Shown: piece by piece, positions 22,563 through 37,066 of the stretch
Numbering within the stretch: the stretch's first letter is position 1
How the letters are laid out: each line of letters begins with the position of its first letter
DNA from: Schizochytrium sp. TIO01
Lineage: Eukaryota > Protista > Bigyra: Labyrinthulomycetes
Assembly (NCBI GenBank): GCA_004764695.1
Contig: SMSO01000025.1
Coordinates: 1,364,001-1,428,000, forward strand
Direction of reading: 5' to 3'
DNA length: 64,000 bases
The notes under the pieces: model-generated
The model's database searches: none
What the model was told of the DNA's origin: nothing
What the model saw: the letters and a program-made list of their open reading frames with translations, nothing else
Made by a program: the position numbers and the translations under genes

Positions 22563-23414
22563 GTCAGAACTATTGTAAAAGAAAACACCGCAATCAGCAA
22601 CGGTCCTCGGTGGGCCTATGATTGATATAGACGTTTATCATATCCCCTAACGGAGACTCAGTATTGAAGAAGATAATAGTAACTGGGTCGTAACTTATCC
22701 CCGAGGAGGGCATAGTGGACATAAAGTTTAATCGATAAACGGCCTTCACTTGTCGTTTCTTGATTGCTTACATTTGCATGAAGATCAGTGAACGAGTGAA
22801 TGAATGAGTGAAAGAACAAAGTTCAAACGTCTTGGCCTTCAAGGTACGTGCGTCGTCCCACGCGATTGCCGAGCGGCACTGTGATCCACACGATCTCAGA
22901 CTCACCCTTATACCTGCGTCTTAGCCTTTCCTCTAGTTTTGCTTGTCGAAGGAGGCCAGATGGCAAGGGTTTAAGTTGGATTCGAAGGTGGCAACTCTCT
23001 TTCTTCGCCTTTACTTCTGCAACAGCTCGTTACTTTTCGGTTTGTTGCCTGGCTTGTATCCACGATGTTGTTTGCACCGCCCTGTCTATTCTATTTATGC
23101 TTCTCTGAAGTGTACGGGTTGACGCCGTTGGCTCCTGTTTCCAGTCTGGTTGTCTCGTTCACGTAATACAGCACAACAGTTGTGCGCTCCAGAAGGTGAA
23201 TCTGAGAAAAGAAAGTGCGGCAGAGTCGGAGCATGATGATTTACAAATTTGCAGCAGCACAGTACGGGCGACTAATGAAACTACTGCAAATTTTATCGAA
23301 ATGAGAAATGTGTCGACCTGAATGACTGACTTGGGGAATGGTGTTTAGTGCAATTGACGAATACAGAATTAAACAGGACACGTTTGTGAATCGATCAACC
23401 TCAATCTTTTAAAA

Positions 23415-24038
<624 letters not shown>

Positions 24039-25714
24039 GTCCGCAGTCGAAACAATCTTGAGTTGTCGAAATCCATGCGCGATGATTGGTCTTGCTCACT
24101 GACGAATCAGCTTAACCGGCACCCTCAATCTAAATATCAAAAGGCAGCCATGTTTGCTGTTGCCTAAGCGGCTGAAACCGTATTTTCTCTTTCCCTTGTT
24201 CATCATTGATTGCAATAGTGTGGGCATTTTTGGATCCCACTTGAAGCATTTTAACCACAAAACTATCTACCTTTTTTTAATCAGTTATAAAGAGAAAGAA
24301 CCCTTGAGCCAAGGAAAGAGTACCGAATATGTAACCAAGGTCTGAATTCCAAGTACCTCTTCCACAGGAACTCGCCACCTGACCTTACTTAGTACTTAAC
24401 AGCATCGTGTTAAACCTGCTAATACTAGGTTAGTGTTTTTAAGTCTCGAAGTAGCAATTTTACGGCGTTGCAATTAAAACTCGAGCATCGAGTTTCTGTG
24501 TCGATCGAAATGGGTGTCTTTAAATTGATGGTGGAAGTGCAGGCTTTAGATAACTACCAAGCTATGTGCTATATTAGTGATGTGCTTGACTTGAGTTTTT
24601 TTTGCCAACGCGATATTGCATGAGCATTTAAAAGAAAACAACATGAACGAGTATTTGTGGTAGAAGTACCTACCTATGTTGCTTGCGTACTCTGCTTCCG
24701 CACTGATACTAATTAGAGGTTGATTCCTTAGCAATTCTTTAACTTGAGCAGAAACTCGAGTCAAATAATTACTCATACTGCTTCCCTCTTCCTACTCTTT
24801 CAAGCTGTTTTTTAGCTTCAAGTTGATCATTGTATTTTCGTCACTATTTAGAAAAAGACTATATTTTTCTTTCTCTTTTTCTTTCTTTTTTAAATTAAAA
24901 TTATTATTTTTTAATACATATGATAGCTCTTTACTTAAATATAATACTACTAGGACCAACCTTCTCAAATTACGCACGATTATATATATATAATCGTGTT
25001 TTTTTTTTCTTTCAATTGAGAAAATAATGATGCTAAAACTTTTTAAGAGTTACTTCTGATGAAGTGAGGGTACTAGTAGTGAATTGGTAATAGCTTCTAA
25101 ATGAAAGTAATTTTACATTCTACTAAGTATGTAGCTAGCTAGCTATATTATTTTTTTTCTTAGTGCCGAGTACACAACAATAAAAATAACACCCCAATAG
25201 CAAACAAAACACGATGGTAATAGCAAACACAAAGTACGAAGAGCTGCTCTTCTCTCGCTCCATCAGCTCTACCTCGCGTCTCGTTCGTGAAGGGCAAGTT
25301 TTCTTGCAGAAATTTGTCTACTCTGGGTCAGACAGGCTTTCTCCTCAGTAGAAAGAACTGACTGGACTGTGCTCGCGTCCTTTTTTATTTTTGTGCTGGA
25401 TTGAGGCAAGAAAGCAAGCAGAGAGCACGTAGCACGACAGGAGATCCGCTGACCTTAGATTCGCTGCCCTTTCTGCAGCTTACAAAGATCTTTTAGATCG
25501 ATTGACTCGAATCCATCACAGAAACCGTGAAATTATAGTTCACTTCAAGGACGGTGCTTTTTTTTAAAATAGTGTTATTGTTGATTCTTTACGATTTTGC
25601 TCAGAATACTGCGCCTACCGAGTGCCTTGCACATCACAAAGCCTAAGGGCCAACGTTTGAAGAGCAAAGTGACATACCAGCGAAACTCAGATCGTGTGTA
25701 CAATTATCGCATCG

Positions 25715-28700
25715 ATGCAGGACCAATCTAGAGAGCTTGTGCAACGTAGTGTTCTTGTTCTCCGTCGGCTAAGGGAATCAGGGGGTAGTGCACGCCTTGC
25801 TGGTGAACGCCGTGCAAAGGTTGAAAAATTGGTTCAAGATGCTCTTTCCGGGTGTCTCATACTCATTGGCCGGCCCGAAGAGAGACGTAACGCACAGGAG
25901 ATCTTGGAATGGATTACAATGGTCTTTGAATGTGTGCAATCATGTGGTTCTGATCTTGATGTGGCTATGGCACGTGCATGCACATGTGAACTTTCTGCAG
26001 CAACAGCGCCGGCATTAATATGGAGCATAGCACAAACACTTGCAAACCCACCCCAACAACAAGAGCAATCATATTGTTCCAAAGCGGAATCAGAGAAGAT
26101 GGTATTTACTTTCAATGAGAGGCAAGAACGTGTCATCAAGAATGCTACATACCTAGCACGATTTGCTCTTCTTTGTCACACATGTGAGCTGTGCCAACAC
26201 CTTGGCGTAAGTGTGGAAGTATTGACCTCAGCAATGGCTGCCTCGTCAGACCCTTTAAGAGCTATCCTTGGCAAGTTTCATAGTTCTGGTACAAAAACAG
26301 AATCCATAATTGAAAAGACCTCTCGTTTCGCAAGTGCGTTAGCGAAGCTCCTGCAACAAATTTCATATTGCTCGGCAGAGATCGGTAGCCTCATTAGCTC
26401 ACCGAACCAGCTCAGCCACCTCCTTGTATCCTATGTAGAGCTCGGGTGGCTTGCAAGGCGGCAAGGAGATGAAAACGCCACTCCACGATGTCCGTGGAGA
26501 GTGTCTTGTTCTGGTCTCGAAGCGACACTTGAATTTTTGATGCAACGATCAGATCGTCTTGGTATCGAGGGTACAGATGTTGCATTTATTTTCTTAAAAC
26601 AAACTCAAGACTGGCCCCATGGAGATCATCACTTTCTTCTGCGTCTCTCTTCTGTCATACTGAGGTGTATCGCGGAACCCCTGCTGGACGCAGCTTCGAA
26701 AGTTGGAGTTACCACTGTTCGTGACCACGAGCAAGAACTGTCTCATATACAGGCTAACCCTCGACGAAACATTGATCTGGCATCAACACTACCACACAAA
26801 AGGACGCTTGCACATGAGGACCCTGTACGGCAGCATCTGAAAAGACTATTACAAATACTGGTGGAAAGTATTCATGGTACATTTAAAGCTGACCGGCGGA
26901 AATATCCGGGTCCCGATGTGTCTTTAAAACCGTCTGCTCATAGCTTAGCAGCTGCCCTCGCATCTCAAGCTGGTGCATCCTCTTCCTATTTGGGTGGAGC
27001 TCGTCGTGGCCGCCATAGGGAGACTGTGTCACGAGGCTGGCTTAATAATCATGGTGCTCCGATCTATGTTGGTACTCAAGAAAAGGCTGTCATGGATGTT
27101 GTTACTGGACTTGCAACAGCAATTTTTCGATTGCATGCTCAAGCTGAGGCTTTCGATCGACAAGCGAAAGGCGCCGCCATGTCACCTGATTCTTTTCATA
27201 AAAGCTTAAATCCAAGCTCTCGGTCAACGCTTTTGCCGCGTTTGGAGTTACAAAAGGCCTCCGAAGCTTGCTTTGCAAGACTAGGTGCGAGTGATGTTCA
27301 TTGGAAGACTATATGGGCAATCGGATCAAAGCAAGTATTTGCCACAGATTGGTCATCTTCTGTGTTTGAGGTATCTGCTGCAATCTTACGTAGTGCTGTA
27401 GCTTGCATGACATCTCAAGCATCCCATCTAGCTTTAAGTGGGATATCAAATGCACTTTGTGTGCTATCTCAAGAGGGCCTTACGAGTGTTCAGCAAGTGT
27501 TGATGCAGTCTCAAAAGTATCATCCTGATGTTGCAGCAAGTGGGGAATACACCATTGCCAATTATGCAGGACGCTTGATGTCTTTATTATTGTTTAGTCT
27601 ATCCTCATATGCTACTACGTGCAGAGAAGTAGGACATGACGATGAAGCAACTCCTCAGTTGCAAGCACGACTAGCATCATCTCTCACTGCACTTGTTCAA
27701 CGCGCATGCAGTGCGCGGGCTGTGTATGATCTCTCGTTGAAGGCAGTTTTAGCCTGGGTACCTGCTGTGGCTTCTGCATTAGGAAACTCTGATGAGCAAA
27801 TTGCTGTTGCAGCCCGAACCTCCTTATTAGAAATTCTACAAAGTGTTGCAATGCGCGGCTCTATTTTCGAAGATGATCGTAATGTAATTAAACGTCCTCA
27901 AAGTAAGGAAGACCTAGAGACATCTCGTGAGCAAGATATGGATGCTGTTGCGCTTCGTATATTAGAAGTTTGGAACGCTTTATACGCTACAGGTAGCCTC
28001 CCGGGATGGATTAACGAAAGCCTTGGGGATTCACTAGAGATTGACCCCTCACCCTTTTCAGACTCATATACCCAAGATATTATGCTTATGATTACCCAGC
28101 ATCACAAACTGCAGAAAAAGGGAAGTCCACTTTGGTTTAAACCTCTTATCGCAGCTCGACAGCTTCGCTCAATTCGCCAAACACTCGAAGCTGATTTACG
28201 TGTCAATCTGCTTCCCTTCCGAAATTTTCCTAGCTCCTTTATGCATGAATCAGAACAAGCTGCTCTCGGTATATCAAGTGAACTCGTCATTCCTCGCCTA
28301 AGCGCTCTCACATCGGCAATGGAAAGTTATGCTATCGCGTGGAAAGCAAGCGCTTCACGTAAAAATGATCCTCTCCTTCGTCTAGCCGCTCTGCAAGCAG
28401 GTGCAATCGGTCACCAACACGCCTTAAAAGAAGAAATGGGTGCTGCTGGTTCAATTGGTACGACTGTCCAGGCTCTCCAGTCTCTCGCAGAAGCCTTTGC
28501 AGTTTTTGACTGTGTCCGTGGCCGTCTTGCAGCTGCATTCTACATGCATGCGGCAGCTCTCTTATTGCGCGAATCAGATGATAACTGGGAGGCTGGCAAT
28601 GCATTTGCTACTGTTGCAAACTGCATCGTAGGCAAAGAAAATGAAGACTTTTTGCAAGATTGGTGATTACAAAGAAAAGAGTCAAGATACAGCCAAGAGT

Positions 28701-31040
28701 CAGATGATCAAGACTCGTGATCCGCTTTACCTGTCGATTGCGTCTGCATTTCTTCGCGAATCTATTTCATGTTTCACCGCAGCTGGAGCTAATCCGGAGG
28801 CACAACGCATTGTCGATATCCTTGAGCAGATTACTCCAATCGGGCTGCTGAAGAGTCCAGCATCCCCAAGAGTGCATGTTAGCAATCCTAGCGAGCAGAA
28901 CGCTGTGTCGTACTACTTTCTGGTTGGACGAACTGCAGTTCCTCAATCCCAAGCTTCTCCTAAACGACTTCAAGGCCCTGTACGATACCGGCAAGTTCAT
29001 CCATGGGCGCAAATTGCTTTAGAATCTTCACTCAGCGTTGTGCGCATAGTAATCAACGCACAAGCAAACTTTCATGAAAAGCGCGACCCTTTAGAAAGAG
29101 TGGAGACAGAACTTGTCGAGCGCCTACAACGAGGAACTGGACTTGCTTTAGCCGAAGGGCGTCTGACTTGGGCAATGCAAGAGCAATGGGAAGCAAATGA
29201 AACTAGCACGGTACCCAGTGCACGGTTTCATGTGGAGCCCCAGTTCCATTCTAATGTTGCAATCAGCTCGACTGGACGCTCTCAAAACGGCAAAGACGCT
29301 TTTTTCATTCGCCGCATCTGGCCGATACGAGTCAGGGATAAAAGCGTTCCAATGCTTCGCTGTCCTTCAGAATTCGCTTTACTACCTAATTCACTTGATT
29401 TGAACAGAAATTGCTCGAGTTTAAAGTCCTCCTCACCTCTGCACAGTCCATTGGAATTTTAAGTGACACAGGATTTACCAACGGCAGGCTTCCCGCAAGC
29501 TGACCCATTAAGAGTAGTTATCCGTTGTCCTTCCCCGCTTACACCGACTGTAGGAATTTGTGGCTGCTTTGTTGCCTTGCTTCGTGAGAAATATGACGAC
29601 ACATTTGAGCTTTTACGAAGGTCGCCATTCGGAAACCCTTTGCAGGGGTTTTCTGACCAGGACTTTGCATTCAAGGAGGACAATACTCTTCTGGAGGAGG
29701 GGCTTCATACTCACAGTTTTCCCCAGCAGCCTTCGAGAAATGCAAACATGGGCAGGCAGGTGGCAAGAGACGATATTCAAGAGGATATTGAACCGATCCC
29801 CCCACCGTACCCGCCCCCTGGTTATAGCGATGAGGGCGAAGACATTGCAGATATGAAACCTCCTAGTAATCCACCACCGGAGGAAAAGTCCCCAAGCCCA
29901 CAAGCAGCTATGGCAACCCTGTTGCAAGAACTTTCGGGATCATCAAAGTCACTTCTACGTTCTGTAGAAGCGCGGCCACCTTCGTCAGTAAACAGAACGC
30001 TGTCGCGTCAAGATAGCTACTCAAGTGTGGTTTCAGAGATTTCAGAAAAGCTCAAAGATCGTCGAAAGGCTGTCGACGAAGCAATCAAACTCCAAGAGCT
30101 TGGCTTAAGTGCACCCAGCAAGGATCAGAACCAATTGCCAATCTTTGACGACACTGATGACGAGACGATGCGGCCACCACTCCCCCCAAAACCAGCTCAG
30201 TTGTTACAACCATCGCGTGGCGCGGAAGATAATAAGAGTCAAACCAGCATGGAAATGCAGAGTCGACCTGCATCCAACTCCGAACCTTCAAGCTCTCAAC
30301 GTAGCGTTGATGGTGCACCCTTGAAGCCTCTAATTGTCGAATCGGAGAACCCGCTAGTTTCTGAAAATCCTGATCAAGAAATTCCAACGTTTTTACACGA
30401 GGGATTGTCTGCAAGCCCACGCAGAAAGCTAGGTGGAGTAAGCTTGACCTCTTCCCAAGCACGTACAGTGGAACATATCATTTCAACTCAAGAGGGGTGG
30501 TTTCATGGTTCGATTGTGGATCGCTCGGGACTCCGGGATGTCACTATTCGTATTGTTGGTTCGATTGATGACGCTGAGCATCCTCCTATCGCGCGGCGAC
30601 GACCGAGTCTCATAGCATCCATGCTTGCAGGAGCCGCAACAACGATCGGGCGTGCGCGAGGTGATAGCTCAGCAAGTGCTCATTCGCAGCAATCATCTTT
30701 GCACGAAAAGGAGGGAAACTCATCATCACATTTCAAATCAGTAGAGGAACATAATCCGTCGAATATTTTGGCTGGACCAGAAGTTCATACTCCTATTGCA
30801 CAAAGTCTCCAAGTATGGCTTGGGAAGCCTGGGAGTGGAATCATGCTGCGCCGTAGCCGTAGCTTCAAGGTACTGATTCAAATGAATTTGGAAAAAGTCC
30901 AAATTAGCGAAACCGTGTCTCCTGGGGTCATTAAGATTGTTGACGGCGATCACGCGAGCCCCAACCAGAGCCCCTTATTATTTCAAACAGATCACCCAGT
31001 TGAGTTTATTGCAGCTCTTCAGGCATTAAGGAATCTTTAG
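25715..31040 (+). CDS. Large helical, divergent DOCK-like protein with C-terminal Pro-rich/WH2-like and PH-like regions; reading frame broken twice (frameshift ~28640-28666; in-frame TAA 29460-29462)
   Basis: Three abutting same-strand ORFs (990, 273 and 525 aa): the first two overlap by 26 bp and the last two share a frame separated by one stop. DHR-2-like segments by eye: DNWEAGNAFATVA, FLRESISCFTAAG..PEAQRIVDIL, YYFLVG, GFPQADPLRVV. Homology is weak and the gene structure is uncertain. Confidence 0.45.
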
Positions 31041-31175
31041 ACTAATAAAGTGTTTCATTGAATTTGTTTTTTGCTTTGCTTTGATTTCAGCAAATGCATC
31101 GGTATTGAAAGGACGAATGCACTTTGAATAGTTTCATTTAAAAGTCAAAGTACAGAGATTTGCGCACAACTTTAC

Positions 31176-32722
31176 TTATTCATGCTTGGACTTAAATTTG
31201 CCTTCTTCAGGCCAGAAACGATCAAAAGCCATGTCCACAACGTGTTCCACAGGCTCATCGATGAGCATCGGCATAAAAGGGATCTGTATTTTGTGTCATC
31301 AGGTTTTCGTGAAAAAGATACTATGTTAGTCGAACTTGGCCCTTAAGCTTATAAACGTTACCAATAAAAACAAAAGACAGAAACAGGAAAATAGCGCTAG
31401 GGCTAAACACAAGCAATTCGAACAAAAAAAGGCAACAGAGCGTAGGCATGGGACAAGAGCCGAGAAATCAGAAATACACTTACAATACCCAATCCAGCAA
31501 AAACAGGACCCCACTTCTGAAAACGACCCATCTTCTTGAAGGTCTTCTCAGAGAAGTGCACACCCTGGTGAATGATCACACTCGGAAGCAGGAGACTACC
31601 AAAAACCTGGAAGGTGAGTTGTTTGGAGAACGCCCGGGTCACGTCCTCCTGGTGCTTGTGTGCATGATATGTCACAAGGCCTACATCAGCGACAACGTAG
31701 GCTATCGCAATTCCATAACCGAGGCGGACGTATTTCGGGTCCACGACGGGCCGAAAGGCCTCACCAACGTCACTAGAGAAAGCCACCTGTTTTCGTGTTC
31801 ATCAAAGTATTACAAATATAACATAAACCGGCCTCGGATTTCGATTGTTCATGTAGTCCACACAGAATCAAATAATGTTAGTTATTGGGATTCACCCTAT
31901 CTCATGTACTCTCCCAAACCTGTCTTGTTATTCGCAAAAGTGGTTTACCCTTCCACTACCTGCCGCAGTACCTTGTGCGATCTGCTTTGCACGCAATTAA
32001 GCAGTCTATTCTTTGGAGGGTTCAACGAAGACATAATAGAAACTAGAGGTGTCGATTCCCAGAGCAAGTTTCTCAGCCTCAGGGTGTATTCTTTCATATT
32101 TTCCCAGACCCTCCCTCTATTCGGGTGAGCAGCAGCGCGGCAGGGGCAGCGGAAGTGTTATGGTTGAAGAATTATGCGAGGAGCATTCTTGTCGAGACGA
32201 CAAGTGACGCGCCAGAGAAAACTTCAAGCCCAGCTTCTTTTTTACCAATAAAAAGCGAGTGGAGATCCAGGAATTCTCAAACGAAGACTTCTCCGATCTC
32301 TTATCAGGAGCCGGAGTGGTGCAAGTGCCTGCCCAAGCAACCTATGAGGCTCTCCCCCATGCTCCTAGTAGCTTCCCGTGATTTCGTCAGCGGAGTATGA
32401 ACGGATAAGGCCTCGGCGTTGGCGAATCATACACAAAGCACGTAGGGATGGGGAAAGTTACATATAACAAGAAACGAAGAAACAAAGACCATGACCAAGA
32501 CGATAGCGGCTCTCAACTTACATAGCGACTGCCCTTGGCAAGCACGCGGCCAAAGACTCTTCCGAGGCGACCGAAGTATCCAAGCACACGGAGTGGGGTG
32601 TTTTCCAGCGTCTCCTGCTGTCCCTCCTCCGAGGCGACATAGTGATTGAGTGAGGCCATGACACCACCGGGCTCTGCCTTGGAGACCTCTTGGGTCTGCT
32701 GCGGCTTGTCTTCTTGAGCCAT
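31176..32722 (-). CDS. MTFP1: Mitochondrial fission process protein 1 (MTP18 family), ~203 aa; exons 32722-32522, 31786-31484, 31283-31176
   Basis: Both introns are phase 0 GTAAGT...CAG. The spliced product has TPLRVLGY, RYVAFSSDVGEAFRPVV, YGIAIAYVVADV, TFQVFGSLLLPSVIIH, WGPVFAGLGIIPFMPMLIDEPVEHVVD, all MTP18-family motifs. Confidence 0.92.
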
Positions 32723-35700
32723 AGTGCACAGTCTGAGAGAGTACGAAGGAGATGGAAGGCGACGACGGAGGCGGTGGTGCAGCACACCGGAAGAAGCAAT
32801 CAGCGTTTGCTTCCCTACGGGGCGCCGAATGTTTGGATGAATGAATGAAAATACCTTTATCACATGATCTTCTTATTGGGCTTGCTTTCTTTTCTTTTTC
32901 TTTTTTTATATACCAATGACGATGACAGCTAGGTACTATGTAGTACTAGTCACGGCTTAGCTAGCCCAGGCAGCTCTTGTCAAGGCGAGCTTTAAGAGTG
33001 TTCTTACCCCGCTTGAGTTGAAAGAAGGTCATTGCAAACACTCTCGCTATTACCTACCTCTCTACACTCCTAGCACCTAGTCGGAGGTAATAGATTGAGA
33101 TCTTTTAGTCTGGATTGGATAAAAACAAACTCAAGCCCAAGCAGCGGCTCATTGCATTGCAACTACTAGGCTACCTTATGTCTTAATTGATTTACACTGC
33201 TCTACAGTAGTTTAGCAGCAACCACTTCTATAGTTCTTTTCGCAAAGTTCGAGTTTTGCTGCTCGCACCAGATGGAAGCATTGTGTTACAGATGGGGGTT
33301 TCAATATACTCTCACTATTCAGAGGTACTGAGTTGAATTCTTTAGTAAACTTGGGTAAAAGGTTCAAGCCAAAACAATTACTCAATACCTCTGATGGATT
33401 TTGGCGAATACAAAGAAATTTCAATGCTTCGCGACAAAGTTTGGCTTGCAGACATTAATATAAAGCGGGAAAAGCGAATAAATAACTTGAGGCCCACCCA
33501 ATTATAATTTTGCCGGAGTTCAGCGCATGAATTTCGAGGTCCCATGGCTACAATGGCCGCTAAGTTTTCAAAATAATTCCAGTATTTCAAAACTTTTCAT
33601 CTCAAATGATTTAGATGTGGTTTCCAACTTAAATGAAGGATGGTAATCTTGAGTTTTTGAACTAGAACAAACAAATATTACTAATAAGAGCTTCAAATAT
33701 CATAGTAGTCCAGTTTTTTTAGAACTCGAAAAGGCTTGTAAAGTATTATATTATGCTGTTTTGATCCTATATCCACTCCCCATGTCGATATAACATGTTC
33801 CGCACAGTTCCACTTCTTCTTCCAACAGGTGTGGCGCCTTTTTAGATTCCCTATCTATAATGTGGTGCTTTCGTGTGGTGCGAACATACCCGAATCAGTA
33901 AAACTTTGCGAATAGGGTTATTTATGGGATTGTATAAGGTATGTGCCAAAAACTAGGTTTAGTAGTTTTTGACTTTCTGACTGGAGGACCTGAGTGAGAG
34001 ATATCTAGTTTTGACCACCAGAGTTTGACCAAAAGTCAAAGGAGGTAGGTAGATATGTACCTCTGACTTGTAGGAGACGTGTCTCCTTTGTGAGCTCTTG
34101 CGGAGCTACGAACGTGGCTTAGCAGGATAGCGTGACTATACTATTTGATGTGGTATGATGTAAAAAATGTAGAGTACTGTAGGCATAATAAACTTAATTG
34201 GACGCTTCGGCATCGGCAGATGTAAGGCTCTTGGTATACACGCCTTACAAGTTTGACAAGTGAATATAAGATTGGAAATTCTGGTTGTACCAGATGGCAC
34301 GCTCTCGATTCTTTGCGTTGCTCGTATGAGCGGGAGCGTATCATGATATCTTGAAATATAGATTGAACAACCTTGAGTTGAGACAAGGTAGGCTGAGGGT
34401 AGTGACGCAAGCCTGGGCTACTGTATTTAGGATTAGATTAATATGTAAGGGATCGCCTCATTAATTGTCGTATAAAGCATCATGCTGGTGTGGTACCTTA
34501 ACCATGTCCAAAAATGACACGAATAGTGTGAAACGATACAGAACGTCGCAAACTGAAAAGGATGTAGATCGAACACTTCTAAATACATACAAATCGTTTT
34601 CTTCTTCTTTTAAATCCAAACTATGAGCTCTGTCCGGCATAAGAACTTACACGTTAATCATGAGTTTTAGCTACGTCCAAGGTCACCCAGAGCTCAGGAG
34701 ATTCTCATCTTTCTATCTCCTTTTTTTTCTTTTTTTTTCTTTTTTAATCACTTTTAACAATAAGGAGATGCGAACACCTCCGGATTCGTACAGAGTCTTG
34801 ATTACAATTGCTCTAGAGAGGACGCTACAGGACATAAACACGAGACTGTTTTATAAGGGAAGTGGGAAGGGTGGAGAGTGAGGTCAGTTGACCTTGACAT
34901 CAAATTTTGGTTATGGTTGAACAATTGATGGTGAAGGGAGTAATGCTAATAGGTTTGGACCCAAATTCCCTCTGTCAAAATCAATTTTTATAACTCTTCT
35001 TGACACTAGGTTCCAAATGTTCTAATTGATCACTCATATTGTATACATTATTGTTAACTTCTGAACATCATTTTTAGAAAGGGGTGTTCCAGCACTGATG
35101 TTATAATTTACGAAAGCTATACAACCTTGTTCAAAACACAAAAGGCGTCGTTAGAATTTATGGAACTTCCAGTAACCTATCGTCCAAAGTTTTACATAGT
35201 TTTGATGAATATGAGGCTTCTGTTGCGATTTTAGGGAAGGTTATTCAAGGATCTCGCGAAATTTAGCATTTCAGATGCTTTGGAAAGACTTAAAGAATGC
35301 TTTATTTATATGATTCTTCAAACCATAGGCAGTCCTGTGTCAATGTGATGCTGTAATTACTTGTTTTATAACTTTATCGACTTTTCCTGACTGCATTGAC
35401 TCTTTTCTATACTCCACGCAACTTTTGATTTTGTCTCGAACAAGCAATTACAGCATGCTGAAGGTTTAAAGCGAACAAAATCATTTAGCGTATCTTTGAT
35501 AGTCTCATGCCTATATCATTAGTGTCTAATATCCTGGTCTATCTATTAGGTTGAGGTTCCCCTGGGCTTGAACAAGGTGGTCTACCTCTATGACACTTTA
35601 TTATACATGGGTTCTTAAGAGCAGTGCTAACCCAAACATTACAAATTAAGGAACCATAGGTATCCTACGTTATTTTAAGGTCATGAAGCATATCGACTTT

Positions 35701-37066
35701 ATGAACACTGATTACGGGGGTCAAATACAAAGTCTGGGACCTTGCTTAAACTTATAAACATTTAATGAAATACCCTGCATCCATCGTATTACCCGGAAAA
35801 CGGATGGGCTTAGAATACAATTTGTGAGTTTATTGCTTGACTCTATACAGAATACAGAATATATGTTAACTTAGTTACGTACATGTACCTATTCATTCTC
35901 TTTTCTGAACAACCAACAACTATTCAAGGCTACATTCGAAAACGAATAGTACCTTTTGTCATCTTCACATACATACTTTGTGCCTTTTGAACATTCCACT
36001 CTAGTAGGACAGGGGTTTGTTTCAAACAATAGTTCAATTCGGAATGCTCTTTGAGGATACATCACATACTACCAGGGTATGCAAATTTAAATTGATGAAG
36101 ATTCACACAATCACCAAATACAACGGAATGAAAAGCTAGGCATATTGATAAAGCTATAAAATTATGTATTTAAATACTGGAGGCTATCATCTGCGCACTT
36201 TTCTGTATGGCTAATTGAATAAAGTAGAACTATGTTCATCTGTTATGTGCTTTCCCAAGTAGCTTTGAATGAGGGAGGTCTAAAAGACCATCATGGTTTG
36301 TCTCAGCCTCTACTTATTGGCACCGCACGTGTTGAAGATAGTGCCGCAATAGTTTCATAGTTATACGATCATCTATCGAATATTGTAAAGCATTTCCCGG
36401 CCTTTTGCTTCTCTCAAGCAGAAACGTTCAGATATAACCCTCCTTGGTTTCCTTATTATCACGGGCTCGTAGCTCTGACTGATAGTTTAAAGTTTGTCTA
36501 TCCCGATACGTCTTCTGTACGCCCTGAACTCGTTCATTTTAATTTCCTTCAGTTAAGCTATTTCAAATGCTCTTTTGATGCTTACGACGGTGCCCACTAG
36601 ACTTCTCAGTGAGCCAAACAGTTCCGATATACCCACTGAAAGAACCTTTTAACAGCATATGTAACTTGATTCGTTGAAGCCGAGCTAACGCTGATACCAA
36701 TGTCCAAGTGCATCAATCCAGTTGGAAAAATTGAAAGCGGGGGCATACATGTTGCCACGACTTCTGAGTAGAGAGTCCCTTTTCCTGGAGATCCAAACAT
36801 TTCTGGATTTCTTACTAAGTTCGTGCCAAACATGTTAATCTTGAAATGGCAATGTGCAAGGTATAGAGACATCCTCTTTGGATTTTCCATGGAGCTAGCT
36901 CAAGCCACCAGCACTAGTCTTGTATTCGACTTATTAGCGCTGATTAGTTCTTAAGGTGTCAACTTATCAAAGTTTATCATTTATTGAATACCCATCCAGA
37001 GTGGTAGGGAGCTTAAATGTAATACATTTGAAAGGTACTACGTCCTAAATTGGAAAGTGTACTAAA

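Noticed and set aside
31448-32400. Plus-strand ORFs of 226 and 91 aa
   Set aside because: Antisense to MTFP1 exon 2 and its introns; no recognisable motifs.
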